A stretch of DNA of 64,000 bases from a virus: positions 2,387 to 66,386 of the IMG/VR virus record IMGVR_UViG_3300005534_000013, one strand, 5' to 3'. Positions 1 to 8,048 of the stretch are shown here, piece by piece; the first letter of the stretch is position 1; every line of letters starts with the position of its first letter. The position numbers and the translations under genes were made by a program. Below the pieces are notes generated by a model. That model searched no databases. It saw only the letters and a program-made list of their open reading frames with translations, and had not been told where the DNA came from.

Positions 1-52
1 GAACCGGGGGCGGCTCGGCACACAAATGACCGCCCCGAACAACTGGAGAAGA

Positions 53-316
53 TCGTTGGACCAGCAGAGCCATCTTTAAAAGCTAAGACCAAAGCCGGAC
101 CCGCGAATAAGGGACCTCCACGTAACGCCACGGGTATACGGTCTCATGCAGCAGGAAATCTACAACCCGCTTCGCTCAGCATATGAGAACGCGAAAGCTG
201 CAATGCGCGTCGCCTCAATGACAGATGAGCAAATCGAAGCTGCGCACTTCCACGAAACGCGAGTGATCGTTCATTTCGAAGATCACGATGATGAGTGACT
301 CGTTGGACCAGCAGAG
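53..316 (+). repeat. 17-bp direct repeat TCGTTGGACCAGCAGAG (53-69 and 300-316)
   Basis: Exact match read from the sequence; the two copies bracket a 50-codon ORF. Confidence 0.85.
146..298 (+). CDS. small hypothetical protein (50 aa, MQQEIYNPLRSAYENAKAAMRVASMTDEQIEAAHFHETRVIVHFEDHDDE)
   Basis: ATG146..TGA298 translated by hand; shorter than the ORFs in the supplied track. Confidence 0.45.
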   Translation: MQQEIYNPLRSAYENAKAAMRVASMTDEQIEAAHFHETRVIVHFEDHDDE

Positions 317-460
317 AGTTTCTGAGCGCTGGCGGGCGGCCTGGGACATGGCGTTTCCTGCGCTCGCCGGCCAGGGAGACGCCCACATTCTAGCCGCCCT
401 CTTAAGGATCGAACATTTGATGCTCAGGCAGCCGCTTGCAGAGAAAACTCGTTACCGCCC

Positions 461-694
461 ATGACCCCAATTCAACAACGCCTCCGAGGCGGTGGAGCGA
501 TGAAGGCTGCCGGCGATCTCGGTCAGGCGATGCGGCCCATGTGGCCGCGGGAAACCCCGCACCGCGAGACCCGGGTCCTGATCCTCCTGGAGATCGGGCG
601 CCTGAAGTCGTTCAACCGCCCGGCCTACGCGGGCAAGATCGAGAGCCTTCAGGCCACGCTCGACTGGCTGGCCGAGCACGGAGAAAGCCGATGA
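461..694 (+). CDS. hypothetical protein
   Basis: ORF with ATGA overlap into the next gene; start uncertain (ATG461 or ATG500). Confidence 0.5.
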   Translation: MTPIQQRLRGGGAMKAAGDLGQAMRPMWPRETPHRETRVLILLEIGRLKSFNRPAYAGKIESLQATLDWLAEHGESR

Positions 695-981
695 CCGAGA
701 GAACCTGCCGCTACTGCGGCTGCGTCGAGGCGCGGGTCTGCGTCTTCTTCAACCATAGCGGAGACGCGGTGCCGTGTTGGTGGATCGCCGAAGACGTGTG
801 CTCGAACCCCGTATGCGACGCGGCGCTCAACGAGAAGCTGGTCGAGCGGGTCGCACACGATCACCTCGAGGGCATCCAGCCTAAGGCGCTGGCAATCGTC
901 CAACAGGTTGCGCGGATTATCGGAGGGCATGAGATCGTCGACGACGGCGCGGAAGACGCCGTGTGCATGGATCACGACTGA
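691..981 (+). CDS. Cys-rich (Zn-finger-like) hypothetical protein
   Basis: CRYCGC...C...CWW...CSNPVC; GGAG upstream; coupled to neighbours. Confidence 0.65.
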   Translation: MTERTCRYCGCVEARVCVFFNHSGDAVPCWWIAEDVCSNPVCDAALNEKLVERVAHDHLEGIQPKALAIVQQVARIIGGHEIVDDGAEDAVCMDHD

Positions 982-1214
982 TGGCTGAGCATGAGGAGCC
1001 CCCGCTGCGCCAAGTCCAATGCGGCCAATGCGGGGGCGAGGGACGTTGGTTCGTGCCGACGGGCTACGACCCTCGCGATGGAAGCCAGACCGGCTACGAG
1101 GCGATCTGCAGCGTGTGCAATGGGGACGGCTGGTACGTCGAGGAGGTTGCGCCCGACGAGGAAGACCTCATTGAGTGCTTCTTCGCCGACGACGGCGACT
1201 CGAGGCCGCTATGA
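981..1214 (+). CDS. DnaJ-type CxxCxGxG zinc-finger protein
   Basis: CGQCGGEG and CSVCNGDG motifs. Confidence 0.65.
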   Translation: MAEHEEPPLRQVQCGQCGGEGRWFVPTGYDPRDGSQTGYEAICSVCNGDGWYVEEVAPDEEDLIECFFADDGDSRPL

Positions 1215-1510
1215 AGGGCCCGAGGATCACCGAGGAGACGCTCAAGGCCCTGGGGGCGATCGCCCACTTGGGGGAGGCGACGCCGAAGCAGGTCCGGGAA
1301 AAGACCGGGCTCGCGAGCGGGACGGTGACCCCGATCCTCGCGCGCCTCGAGGCGGCGGGCTGGCTGGCGCGGCGCGAGGAGGCGGGGCACGCCAAGACTC
1401 TAGGGCGGCCGCTCCGGGTGTTCTATCGGATCGCGGACGAGGCCGGTGTCCGCGCGATGGGATCGCGGGTAGTGGGCGTGCTCATGGCCTTGATGGGAGA
1501 CCTGGGATGA
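1211..1510 (+). CDS. winged-helix (PadR/MarR-like) DNA-binding protein
   Basis: TGLASGTVTPILARLEAAGWL...GRPLRVFYRI. Confidence 0.75.
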   Translation: MKGPRITEETLKALGAIAHLGEATPKQVREKTGLASGTVTPILARLEAAGWLARREEAGHAKTLGRPLRVFYRIADEAGVRAMGSRVVGVLMALMGDLG

Positions 1511-1713
1511 AGATCCGAGACGGCGACGACCTGGCGGCCGCCCGCGCGCGCCTCGGGCTCAGCATCACCGAGCTCGCGGAACGCCTCCAGATGGAGGGCG
1601 AGCACGCTCCCCGGCATCTGCGCGAGATGGAGATGGGGACTCGGCGCATCGGCGGTCCGATCCGGGTCGCGGTCCAGGGTTTTCTGAAGGAGCTCGAGCG
1701 GGTCCATGGCTGA
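1507..1713 (+). CDS. XRE/Cro-like HTH protein
   Basis: LAAARARLGLSITELAERL...EMGTRRIGGP. Confidence 0.7.
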   Translation: MKIRDGDDLAAARARLGLSITELAERLQMEGEHAPRHLREMEMGTRRIGGPIRVAVQGFLKELERVHG

Positions 1714-2887
1714 CGAACCTCATACCTACGGGGCAATCCGCTCCACTCCCGATCCCCGCGATTGGAAGTACGCCGAGACCCACGGCGTCGTGGACGCGCG
1801 CAAGGTCGCGCTGCTCGCAGATCCTGCGCGGCTCGTCTCTGAGGTCGCTGCTCGATTGTGGCGGGCCGAAGGTTCGCAAGATCAGGCCAGCGCCGATCTC
1901 GCGAAGCTCTATGAGAAACTTGACGACGCAGCAACGCGCGTCGGGGTGTCGGACGATCCCCGGGTCGTCGCGGCGATGGGCCATCTCGATATCGCCCAAC
2001 ACGCCGCTGCGCAGGCTCAAGGTTCCCTGTGGCGCGCGCACGTCACCCTCGCAGCTTTCAACGAGGCGGCCTACCAGGTGGACCTCCGGCAAGCGCCAGG
2101 CTACGGCCACAAGCCCTCACCGCCTCCTCCGCCCCTTCCCCCGTCTCCGCCGCCTCCTGCGCCTCCAGCACCGCCTCCAGCGCCGCCCGCGCCCCCTTTG
2201 CCGCCGAGCCCGCCTCCGCCGCCGGTCACCGTCTTTCCGACGATTGATCTCAGTGCGCCGATCCTGCCGGTTCTGAACCAGGCTCAGCTCGGCGCCTGCA
2301 CGGCGCACGCGACGACCAAGGCCCGTCAGTTCATCGGCGGGGGTCCCTACTCGCGGCTCGACCTCTACTACAACGGCCGGGTGCTCGAGGGCACGGTCGG
2401 TTCTGACTCCGGTCTGCAGGTCAGGGACGCGCTCAAGGTGCTGGCCAACACCGGTGTGGGCCTCGAGACCGATTGGCCCTACGTGATCTCGCAGTTCACC
2501 ACGCCGCCGCCGGCGAAGGAAGTCAGCGAGGAGCCGGCCGGGCGGATCGTCACCTACTCGCTTCTCGAGACCCGTTCGGACTTCCTCACGTGCCTGCAGG
2601 CCGGCTATCCCTTCGTCCTCGGCCTCGATGTCTATTCGTCGTTCGAGTTCTGCGGCGGGAGCGGCGTCGTCACGATGCCGACCGGCAACGACCACCTCTA
2701 CTCGACGCACTGCGTGCTCTGCGTCGGATGCCTGATGATCGGCGGCGCGCCGTACTACCGCATCATGAACAGCTGGGGCTCGGGCTGGGGCGCCCATGGC
2801 TTTGGCTACCTGCCGGCCGCCTTTGTCGAGCACCTGAACAACCAGCCGGGGGGCTACGTCTGGGACTGCTACACGGTGCGGCGATAG
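1706..2887 (+). CDS. papain-family (C1A-like) cysteine peptidase with helical insert and poly-Pro linker
   Basis: NQAQLGAC (Q/C), THCVLCVG (H), IMNSWGSGWG (N); N-terminal PDPRDWKY motif. Confidence 0.85.
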   Translation: MADEPHTYGAIRSTPDPRDWKYAETHGVVDARKVALLADPARLVSEVAARLWRAEGSQDQASADLAKLYEKLDDAATRVGVSDDPRVVAAMGHLDIAQHAAAQAQGSLWRAHVTLAAFNEAAYQVDLRQAPGYGHKPSPPPPPLPPSPPPPAPPAPPPAPPAPPLPPSPPPPPVTVFPTIDLSAPILPVLNQAQLGACTAHATTKARQFIGGGPYSRLDLYYNGRVLEGTVGSDSGLQVRDALKVLANTGVGLETDWPYVISQFTTPPPAKEVSEEPAGRIVTYSLLETRSDFLTCLQAGYPFVLGLDVYSSFEFCGGSGVVTMPTGNDHLYSTHCVLCVGCLMIGGAPYYRIMNSWGSGWGAHGFGYLPAAFVEHLNNQPGGYVWDCYTVRR

Positions 2888-2983
2888 CGCTGTGTAGAAA
2901 GTCTTCACACTTTGATGTCATTATGCTAATTGAGAGTCGTCACTAGGCCCTCCGGGGCCGCCCACTTCGCGGGAGACAGCGAA
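2888..2983 (+). promoter_or_regulatory. AT-rich intergenic region, probable promoter
   Basis: TTCACACTTTGATGTCATTATGCTAAT is AT-rich against a high-GC background and precedes a coupled gene run. Confidence 0.4.
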
Positions 2984-3310
2984 ATGCGACTAATCCCTCT
3001 CAACCCTCGTTATTTCTTCGCGGTCAGCGTCGCGGGTGAACCCGCGATCTGGGAGCGCAATGGCTTCGACTGCGAGGTCCAGCGCGTCGCCATCGATCGG
3101 GCGCGCTGGCTCTGCGCTCACCACCGCGGCGAGGCGCTCTCGCTAAAGGAGGGCAACCCAGATGGCGCGGAGTACCATCGGGCGCGGTTCCTGGAGCTCC
3201 ATGAGGCGCTGGCGAAATGGCGCTCTCAGCGCTTTCCCCAGATCACACCCCCGGCCGGCGAAACGGATGATGAGCGGCTTGAGCGGCGCCGGCGGGCCGG
3301 CCACCAATGA
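2984..3310 (+). CDS. hypothetical protein
   Basis: GGGAG RBS before ATG2984; ATGA overlap with next gene. Confidence 0.6.
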   Translation: MRLIPLNPRYFFAVSVAGEPAIWERNGFDCEVQRVAIDRARWLCAHHRGEALSLKEGNPDGAEYHRARFLELHEALAKWRSQRFPQITPPAGETDDERLERRRRAGHQ

Positions 3311-3504
3311 CCATCCAGCGCAAGCGGCCGCTGGTCCGCAAGGATGGCGCAACGGCGCGAATCCGCCGTGACGGCGTCGAGGGCGTGAGCGCGATCGAGA
3401 TCGAACCCGGGCGCGGTGTTCCGAACAACTGGGATCGGGCGCTCTTTGAACGGTGGGCCGAGCGTAAGGCGCGGCGCCGCCAGGAGCAGAGGAGAGAAGC
3501 ATGA
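3307..3504 (+). CDS. hypothetical protein
   Basis: coupled ORF. Confidence 0.5.
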   Translation: MTIQRKRPLVRKDGATARIRRDGVEGVSAIEIEPGRGVPNNWDRALFERWAERKARRRQEQRREA

Positions 3505-3716
3505 CGACGCTCGATCCCAATGCCCCGACCTTCTACGTGAAAGCCGAGGTCTGGGGAGGCGTGACGGGCTACCGCTCGTCCTTCCTCAAGAAGGACGGGA
3601 AGACCCAGATGTTCGAGACCCGAGAGGGCGCCCAGGCGGCCGCGGACGAGGCGCGGGCCCGCACCCTCGGCGGCGGGGCGAACTTCGCCTACACGGTGGT
3701 CGAGGTGGCGCCATGA
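3501..3716 (+). CDS. hypothetical protein
   Basis: GAGGAG RBS; coupled ORF. Confidence 0.65.
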   Translation: MTTLDPNAPTFYVKAEVWGGVTGYRSSFLKKDGKTQMFETREGAQAAADEARARTLGGGANFAYTVVEVAP

Positions 3717-3835
3717 TCGGCTCGGTGATTGCAGGCATCTCGCTCCTGGTGCTGATCCTGGCCGCCATCGGGTGGCGCGCCTTCGACCGTTGGTCCCGCG
3801 CCCGCCGCCGGATCGCCCGCAGGCTGGCCCTCTGA
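3713..3835 (+). CDS. small membrane protein
   Basis: MIGSVIAGISLLVLILAAIGW followed by a basic tail. Confidence 0.55.
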   Translation: MIGSVIAGISLLVLILAAIGWRAFDRWSRARRRIARRLAL

Positions 3836-4347
3836 TGGGCGAGCGTCTTATCCACTACGCCGCCGCACCGATTACGGGACCGATCAAAGCGCGCAATGGC
3901 CTCCACGGGGCCTATAAGCGCGCCGGCTTCTGGGTTAGCGTCGCCGGTCCCTACGATTGGGAATGGTGGTGCAGGAGCGAGGACTGGAACACCGAGGCCC
4001 TCGCCTTCGCCCATGAGGTGACGCTCAAATCAAGCGCCTCGATTTTGCGCGTCGTCGGCGCCGCGGCGCTCGACGATTTCGATCGCGAGTGGTGCGCCAT
4101 CAAATTTCCGGATCATCCACTTATCGGCCGTGAGCCTGATTGGAACCGGTTGGCGCGCTCCTACGCGGGACTGATCATCGCGCCCTACGTCTGGGAACGC
4201 CGCCTCGGCCATGGCTTCTCCTGGTATTACGGCTGGGATTGCGCGAGCGGCGTGATCTGGGACCCAGCGGCGATCGCATCCGTACGCCTGCTCACTGAAA
4301 CAGAGCGCCCCGCGCCCTGGACCGATGCGGAAGAGGAGGTCGGCTGA
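3835..4347 (+). CDS. hypothetical phage protein (Trp-rich)
   Basis: GFWVSV...WEWWC...WYYGWDCASGVIWD; TGATG coupling at both ends. Confidence 0.7.
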   Translation: MGERLIHYAAAPITGPIKARNGLHGAYKRAGFWVSVAGPYDWEWWCRSEDWNTEALAFAHEVTLKSSASILRVVGAAALDDFDREWCAIKFPDHPLIGREPDWNRLARSYAGLIIAPYVWERRLGHGFSWYYGWDCASGVIWDPAAIASVRLLTETERPAPWTDAEEEVG

Positions 4348-4559
4348 TGGGCCCCTGGGAAACCATGATCCGCAGGCGCATCGCCGAGGCGATGATGGAC
4401 GCCGCCGCGTGCGGGCCCGGTCTACGTCACGTCCGCGAGCGCGACGCCGAGGCGCTTCGCAGAATCCTTCGGACCTGGGAAGCTACGACTACGGCGAAGG
4501 GCCGAGAAGCGGCCGAGCTCGGGCTTCCTACTGGGCCGTTCGATGGAGGAGTGGCATGA
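4347..4559 (+). CDS. hypothetical protein
   Basis: coupled ORF. Confidence 0.5.
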   Translation: MGPWETMIRRRIAEAMMDAAACGPGLRHVRERDAEALRRILRTWEATTTAKGREAAELGLPTGPFDGGVA

Positions 4560-4783
4560 GCGAGCAATGGCCGGTCGAGATCATCGCCATGCCGCCAGAT
4601 GTGCACGCGCGTCTGAAAGTCCAGGCACAGAACGCGGGCATTAGCTTCCACACATTCTGTGCCGATATTCTTGATCGTGCCGCGCGGAGTAATGTCGAGA
4701 CTATCTATGACCTTGTCTTGGACCAGGAGCGCGAATGGTATTGCGAAGCCTGTTGGGCCATCTGGCCGAGAGTCGCGCGATGA
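4556..4783 (+). CDS. possible ribbon-helix-helix protein
   Basis: MPPDVHARLKVQAQNAGISFHTFCADIL. Confidence 0.5.
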   Translation: MSEQWPVEIIAMPPDVHARLKVQAQNAGISFHTFCADILDRAARSNVETIYDLVLDQEREWYCEACWAIWPRVAR

Positions 4784-4916
4784 CCACACCTTCGGCTTGG
4801 AGAGGATCGAGCGTCCGCGGCGCTGGGAAGCCCAGCAGCGCGCCTCCTCTTGCGCTCCGAGTCCTCGGCGCTGCGTCCTTCGCGTTCGCCTTCGTGTGGC
4901 TTCTGTCCATCTGGAA

Positions 4917-5654
4917 ATGACCATGCCTCTGATCCGCGTGATCGATCTGGAGACGAACGGCATGGAGGCCAGCGACGCCGTGCTGGAGGCCGGCTGGTGC
5001 GATCTGATCCCCGAAGGCGACGCCTGGCTGATCGATGAGCCTGGTGGCCGTCTCTTCGGCCTGGATGGGCCCCTGAAGCCGGATGCGCGGGCAGTTCACC
5101 ACATCACTCCGGAAGAGATCGCCGGCCGTGCTCCGTTTTCCGCGCAGGCCTTGGCCAATGAGGCGACAGCCGCGGATGCGATCATTCTCTCGGCGCACGC
5201 CTGGCACTTCGAGGGCCAATGGCTGACGCCTGAGGTGCTCGGGCAGCTTCGCCCTCTCTGCACATGGAAGGCCGCGCTCCGCGTTTGGCCCGATGCGCCA
5301 AGCCACAGCAACGGCGCCCTGCGCTACTGGCTCGAAGATCAGGGCCTCATTACCCCGGCGCATCACCTCACGATGCCGCCACATCGGGCGACGCCTGATG
5401 CCTATGTGACGGCCCATCTCCTCCAGGCGCTTCTCGCCCATCAGACGGCCCGCCAGATGGTCGCCTGGACGAAAGAGCCGGCGCTCTACCCGCGGTGCCC
5501 GATCGGCGAAAAGCAGGGTTTCAAGGGCAAGCCCTGGTCAGAAGTCGACGGTGGCTTTCTCTACTGGATCACCCAGCAGGCCGGCATGGAGCCGGACATC
5601 AAATGGTGCGCCGGGCGCGAGCTCAATCGGCGGCAGGAAGTGTCGCCTCCATGA
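4917..5654 (+). CDS. DEDDh 3'-5' exonuclease (ExoX-like)
   Basis: VIDLETNG, AVHHIT, HRATPDAYVT; C-terminal KGKPWSEVD..FLYW domain. Confidence 0.85.
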   Translation: MTMPLIRVIDLETNGMEASDAVLEAGWCDLIPEGDAWLIDEPGGRLFGLDGPLKPDARAVHHITPEEIAGRAPFSAQALANEATAADAIILSAHAWHFEGQWLTPEVLGQLRPLCTWKAALRVWPDAPSHSNGALRYWLEDQGLITPAHHLTMPPHRATPDAYVTAHLLQALLAHQTARQMVAWTKEPALYPRCPIGEKQGFKGKPWSEVDGGFLYWITQQAGMEPDIKWCAGRELNRRQEVSPP

Positions 5655-5788
5655 TCTCCGCCGCCGACCAGGCCTACCGCCGCAGCGCGACCTATCGGCG
5701 TGCCCGCCGCCGGCGCATGTGGAACTGGATCATCTGGATAGGGCTCGCCATTCTGGCGATCGCCCTGGCCTTGGGGATAAGGCGATGA
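5651..5788 (+). CDS. small membrane protein
   Basis: basic stretch followed by one hydrophobic helix. Confidence 0.5.
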   Translation: MISAADQAYRRSATYRRARRRRMWNWIIWIGLAILAIALALGIRR

Positions 5789-5979
5789 AAGAGCCGACGT
5801 CGATCATGCATCTGCCCGTGCCCGAGCTCGGTGATCCTCGTGCTCAGATGTTCGACAACGGCCGCCAGGTCTCGCCCTGGTGGATCGCCAGACATCGCGA
5901 TGGATCACCGTTCTGGCGGCGCTGGGTCAGGACCGCCGACGGCTGGGACTATGAGGATCGGGAGCCCTGGGAATGGTGA
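5785..5979 (+). CDS. hypothetical protein
   Basis: coupled ORF MKEPTSIM... Confidence 0.5.
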   Translation: MKEPTSIMHLPVPELGDPRAQMFDNGRQVSPWWIARHRDGSPFWRRWVRTADGWDYEDREPWEW

Positions 5980-6719
5980 ACTACCGCCACCGCCCCACCG
6001 CCCTCGGCGATCCCTGCCCCTGGCTCCTCACCCTCACGCCCGAGCAGCGCCAGGCCGAGGGGCCTCGGACCGACTGCTGCCAGTACGGGGGGTGCGTCGA
6101 CCGTTGCTACCGCAAGGGCTGGATGGACCGCGAGAAGGCGCGCAAGCGCCGGCAGACCGGCCCCCGCGCCTTCCCGATGCCGAGCGGCGGCAACCGGGGA
6201 AAGTTCGGCTACTGCCGCTGGTGCGGCGGGATGCTGCTCAAGCCCGACGCGACCCAGAACAAGAAGCGGGGCTGGCACGACGGCCGGGGCAACGAGCCCC
6301 ATTGCCTCTACGAGTTCTATCTCCACACCCGGGCGGAGCAGCAGCGGGCCTTCGTCGTCGACCGCGACGGCGAGAAGTGCTGGGACTGCGGCGAAGCGCC
6401 GATGCACTGGCGCCGCGGCGGGGTGATCCACGGCTGGGGCACGGGGCCCTATATCGAGGTCACGTGGTGCTCGGCCCTGGAGCTCGAGCACGAGATTCCC
6501 CTCTGGCTCATCGCCCACAAGCCGGACGACGAGCGCCGGCGCTTTTTTGGCCCCGAGAACCTGAGACTGAGGTGTGCACGATGTCATGGAGCAAAGACCG
6601 CCCTCGAGGCGGCCGATCGAGCAAAAGGAAACCGCCTCAGAAACGGCGGCAAAAAGTTACGCGGCCGGAGGATGCAGGGCCGGCCGTTCCAGAAAGGCCA
6701 CCGGCCCCTCCGGGGATAG
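5973..6719 (+). CDS. HNH endonuclease-like protein
   Basis: RDGEKCWDCG...ELEHEIPL...ENLRLRCARCHGAKT. Confidence 0.75.
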   Translation: MVNYRHRPTALGDPCPWLLTLTPEQRQAEGPRTDCCQYGGCVDRCYRKGWMDREKARKRRQTGPRAFPMPSGGNRGKFGYCRWCGGMLLKPDATQNKKRGWHDGRGNEPHCLYEFYLHTRAEQQRAFVVDRDGEKCWDCGEAPMHWRRGGVIHGWGTGPYIEVTWCSALELEHEIPLWLIAHKPDDERRRFFGPENLRLRCARCHGAKTALEAADRAKGNRLRNGGKKLRGRRMQGRPFQKGHRPLRG

Positions 6720-6829
6720 TCCAGCGGATCAAGGGGATCCAGGTCGGGTTCGGCCAGCCGCCGAAGCCCGGCTCGATGTTGATCGCGAAGCCCTATAAGC
6801 GTCCACAGCGCTGACCACCGGCGCCTCAG

Positions 6830-6858
6830 ATTTGGGTCGAATCTGACCCAAATTTGGG
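6830..6858. repeat. overlapping inverted repeats (ATTTGGGTC-N6-GACCCAAAT plus palindrome CCCAAATTTGGG)
   Basis: read directly; intergenic, upstream of the packaging genes. Confidence 0.6.
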
Positions 6859-7069
6859 CTAGAGATGACCTCGCGGGGGTGGAGCCCGTGTCCGCCGATG
6901 CGTGACCAGCCCCGCCAATACCATCCCGATCAGACGGTGCTCGACGTCCTGCGCTGTAGCGACGGGCCGGCGGCTATCGCTATCGGGTGTGAACGCGGCG
7001 TCAGCGCAGGCATGGCCCTGAAATGGTGGTATAGACGCGAGTGGCGCGCGATCAGAATCGCCGCCGAGC

Positions 7070-7321
7070 ATGGACTGCCCCGCAATGTCCCAGGTGATCG
7101 TCTCCTACCGCTGCGCCTGCATGATCGAAGAAGCGACCCTGACGGTCCGCGAGCGCGGTCCCCGCGAGGACATCGTTGACTGGATGGAGGGCGCCGTGCA
7201 GATCGCGCTGACCGATGATCATCGTTCTCGCTCACCCCGATGCCGGAACGAGGCCATGGACTACGCGAAGATTTTCTACGACCAAGATCGCCGCATCGGC
7301 GACGCTTCGAGGCGGTCATGA
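7070..7321 (+). CDS. hypothetical protein
   Basis: ORF coupled to next gene; start may be ATG7085. Confidence 0.5.
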   Translation: MDCPAMSQVIVSYRCACMIEEATLTVRERGPREDIVDWMEGAVQIALTDDHRSRSPRCRNEAMDYAKIFYDQDRRIGDASRRS

Positions 7322-7497
7322 AGAAAGTCAACAGGCGCTGGGCCTGGTGGGCCGAGGATGAGGACGACGCAACCCCGCCCACTCAGCCGATCATGCTCGA
7401 CGAGCCCCAGCCTCCGAGGTGGTCCGGCCTCTACAATCACAGGGGCGAGAAACTCTACATAGCCCCGGAGCCTTTCGGGTTTCGGCGGACGAGATAG
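7318..7497 (+). CDS. hypothetical protein
   Basis: MKKVNRRW...WSGLYNHRGEKLY. Confidence 0.5.
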   Translation: MKKVNRRWAWWAEDEDDATPPTQPIMLDEPQPPRWSGLYNHRGEKLYIAPEPFGFRRTR

Positions 7498-7502
7498 CCA
7501 AG

Positions 7503-8048
7503 GTGGCACGGGCTCCCAAACCGCTCCCAAAAGAGATTCTGCCGACTGGGCTTGACCTAGAGAAACTTGGCATTCCCCGAGATGTCGTCGCTCGGGGGCG
7601 CCCAAGCAGCTATGAACCCGAATTTTGCCGTGAGGTCATCGATCTCGGGATGCAGGGCAAGAGCCGGACCTACATGGCCGCGTACATTGGAATCGATCGT
7701 GTGACCATCGCGGCTTGGGAGGCGGCGCATCCAGACTTTGCCCTCGCGATGAGTCGTGCCCTCAGTCTCTCACAAGCATGGTGGGAAGACGCCGGACAGA
7801 AGGGGATGCGGACCGCGCCCTTCAATTCTCACGCTTGGTCACGCTCGATCTCAGCTCGCTTCTCCGATGAGTGGCGGGAAAAAAGCTCTACCGAGTTGAC
7901 GGGCAAGGACGGCGGCGCCATCCCGGTGCGCTTCGAGAGCCTCACCAATGCCCAACTCGCAAGTTTCCTTGGACGTCTCAGTTCTGAAATCGATCAGGGC
8001 GAGGGCGCAGGCGGAACTGGATCGGAGACGCCGCAAGTCGATCGATGA
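7503..8048 (+). CDS. terS: terminase small subunit
   Basis: GRPSSYEPEFC...WEAAHPDF...ELTGKDGGAI; directly upstream of TerL; start uncertain. Confidence 0.8.
   Translation: MARAPKPLPKEILPTGLDLEKLGIPRDVVARGRPSSYEPEFCREVIDLGMQGKSRTYMAAYIGIDRVTIAAWEAAHPDFALAMSRALSLSQAWWEDAGQKGMRTAPFNSHAWSRSISARFSDEWREKSSTELTGKDGGAIPVRFESLTNAQLASFLGRLSSEIDQGEGAGGTGSETPQVDR

Noticed and set aside
53-316. CRISPR array
   Set aside because: Only two 17-bp copies, 247 bp apart, and no cas genes.
2110-2225. CCG-rich repeats here and at ~57760-57860
   Set aside because: They encode poly-Pro linkers and are not independent DNA repeat elements.
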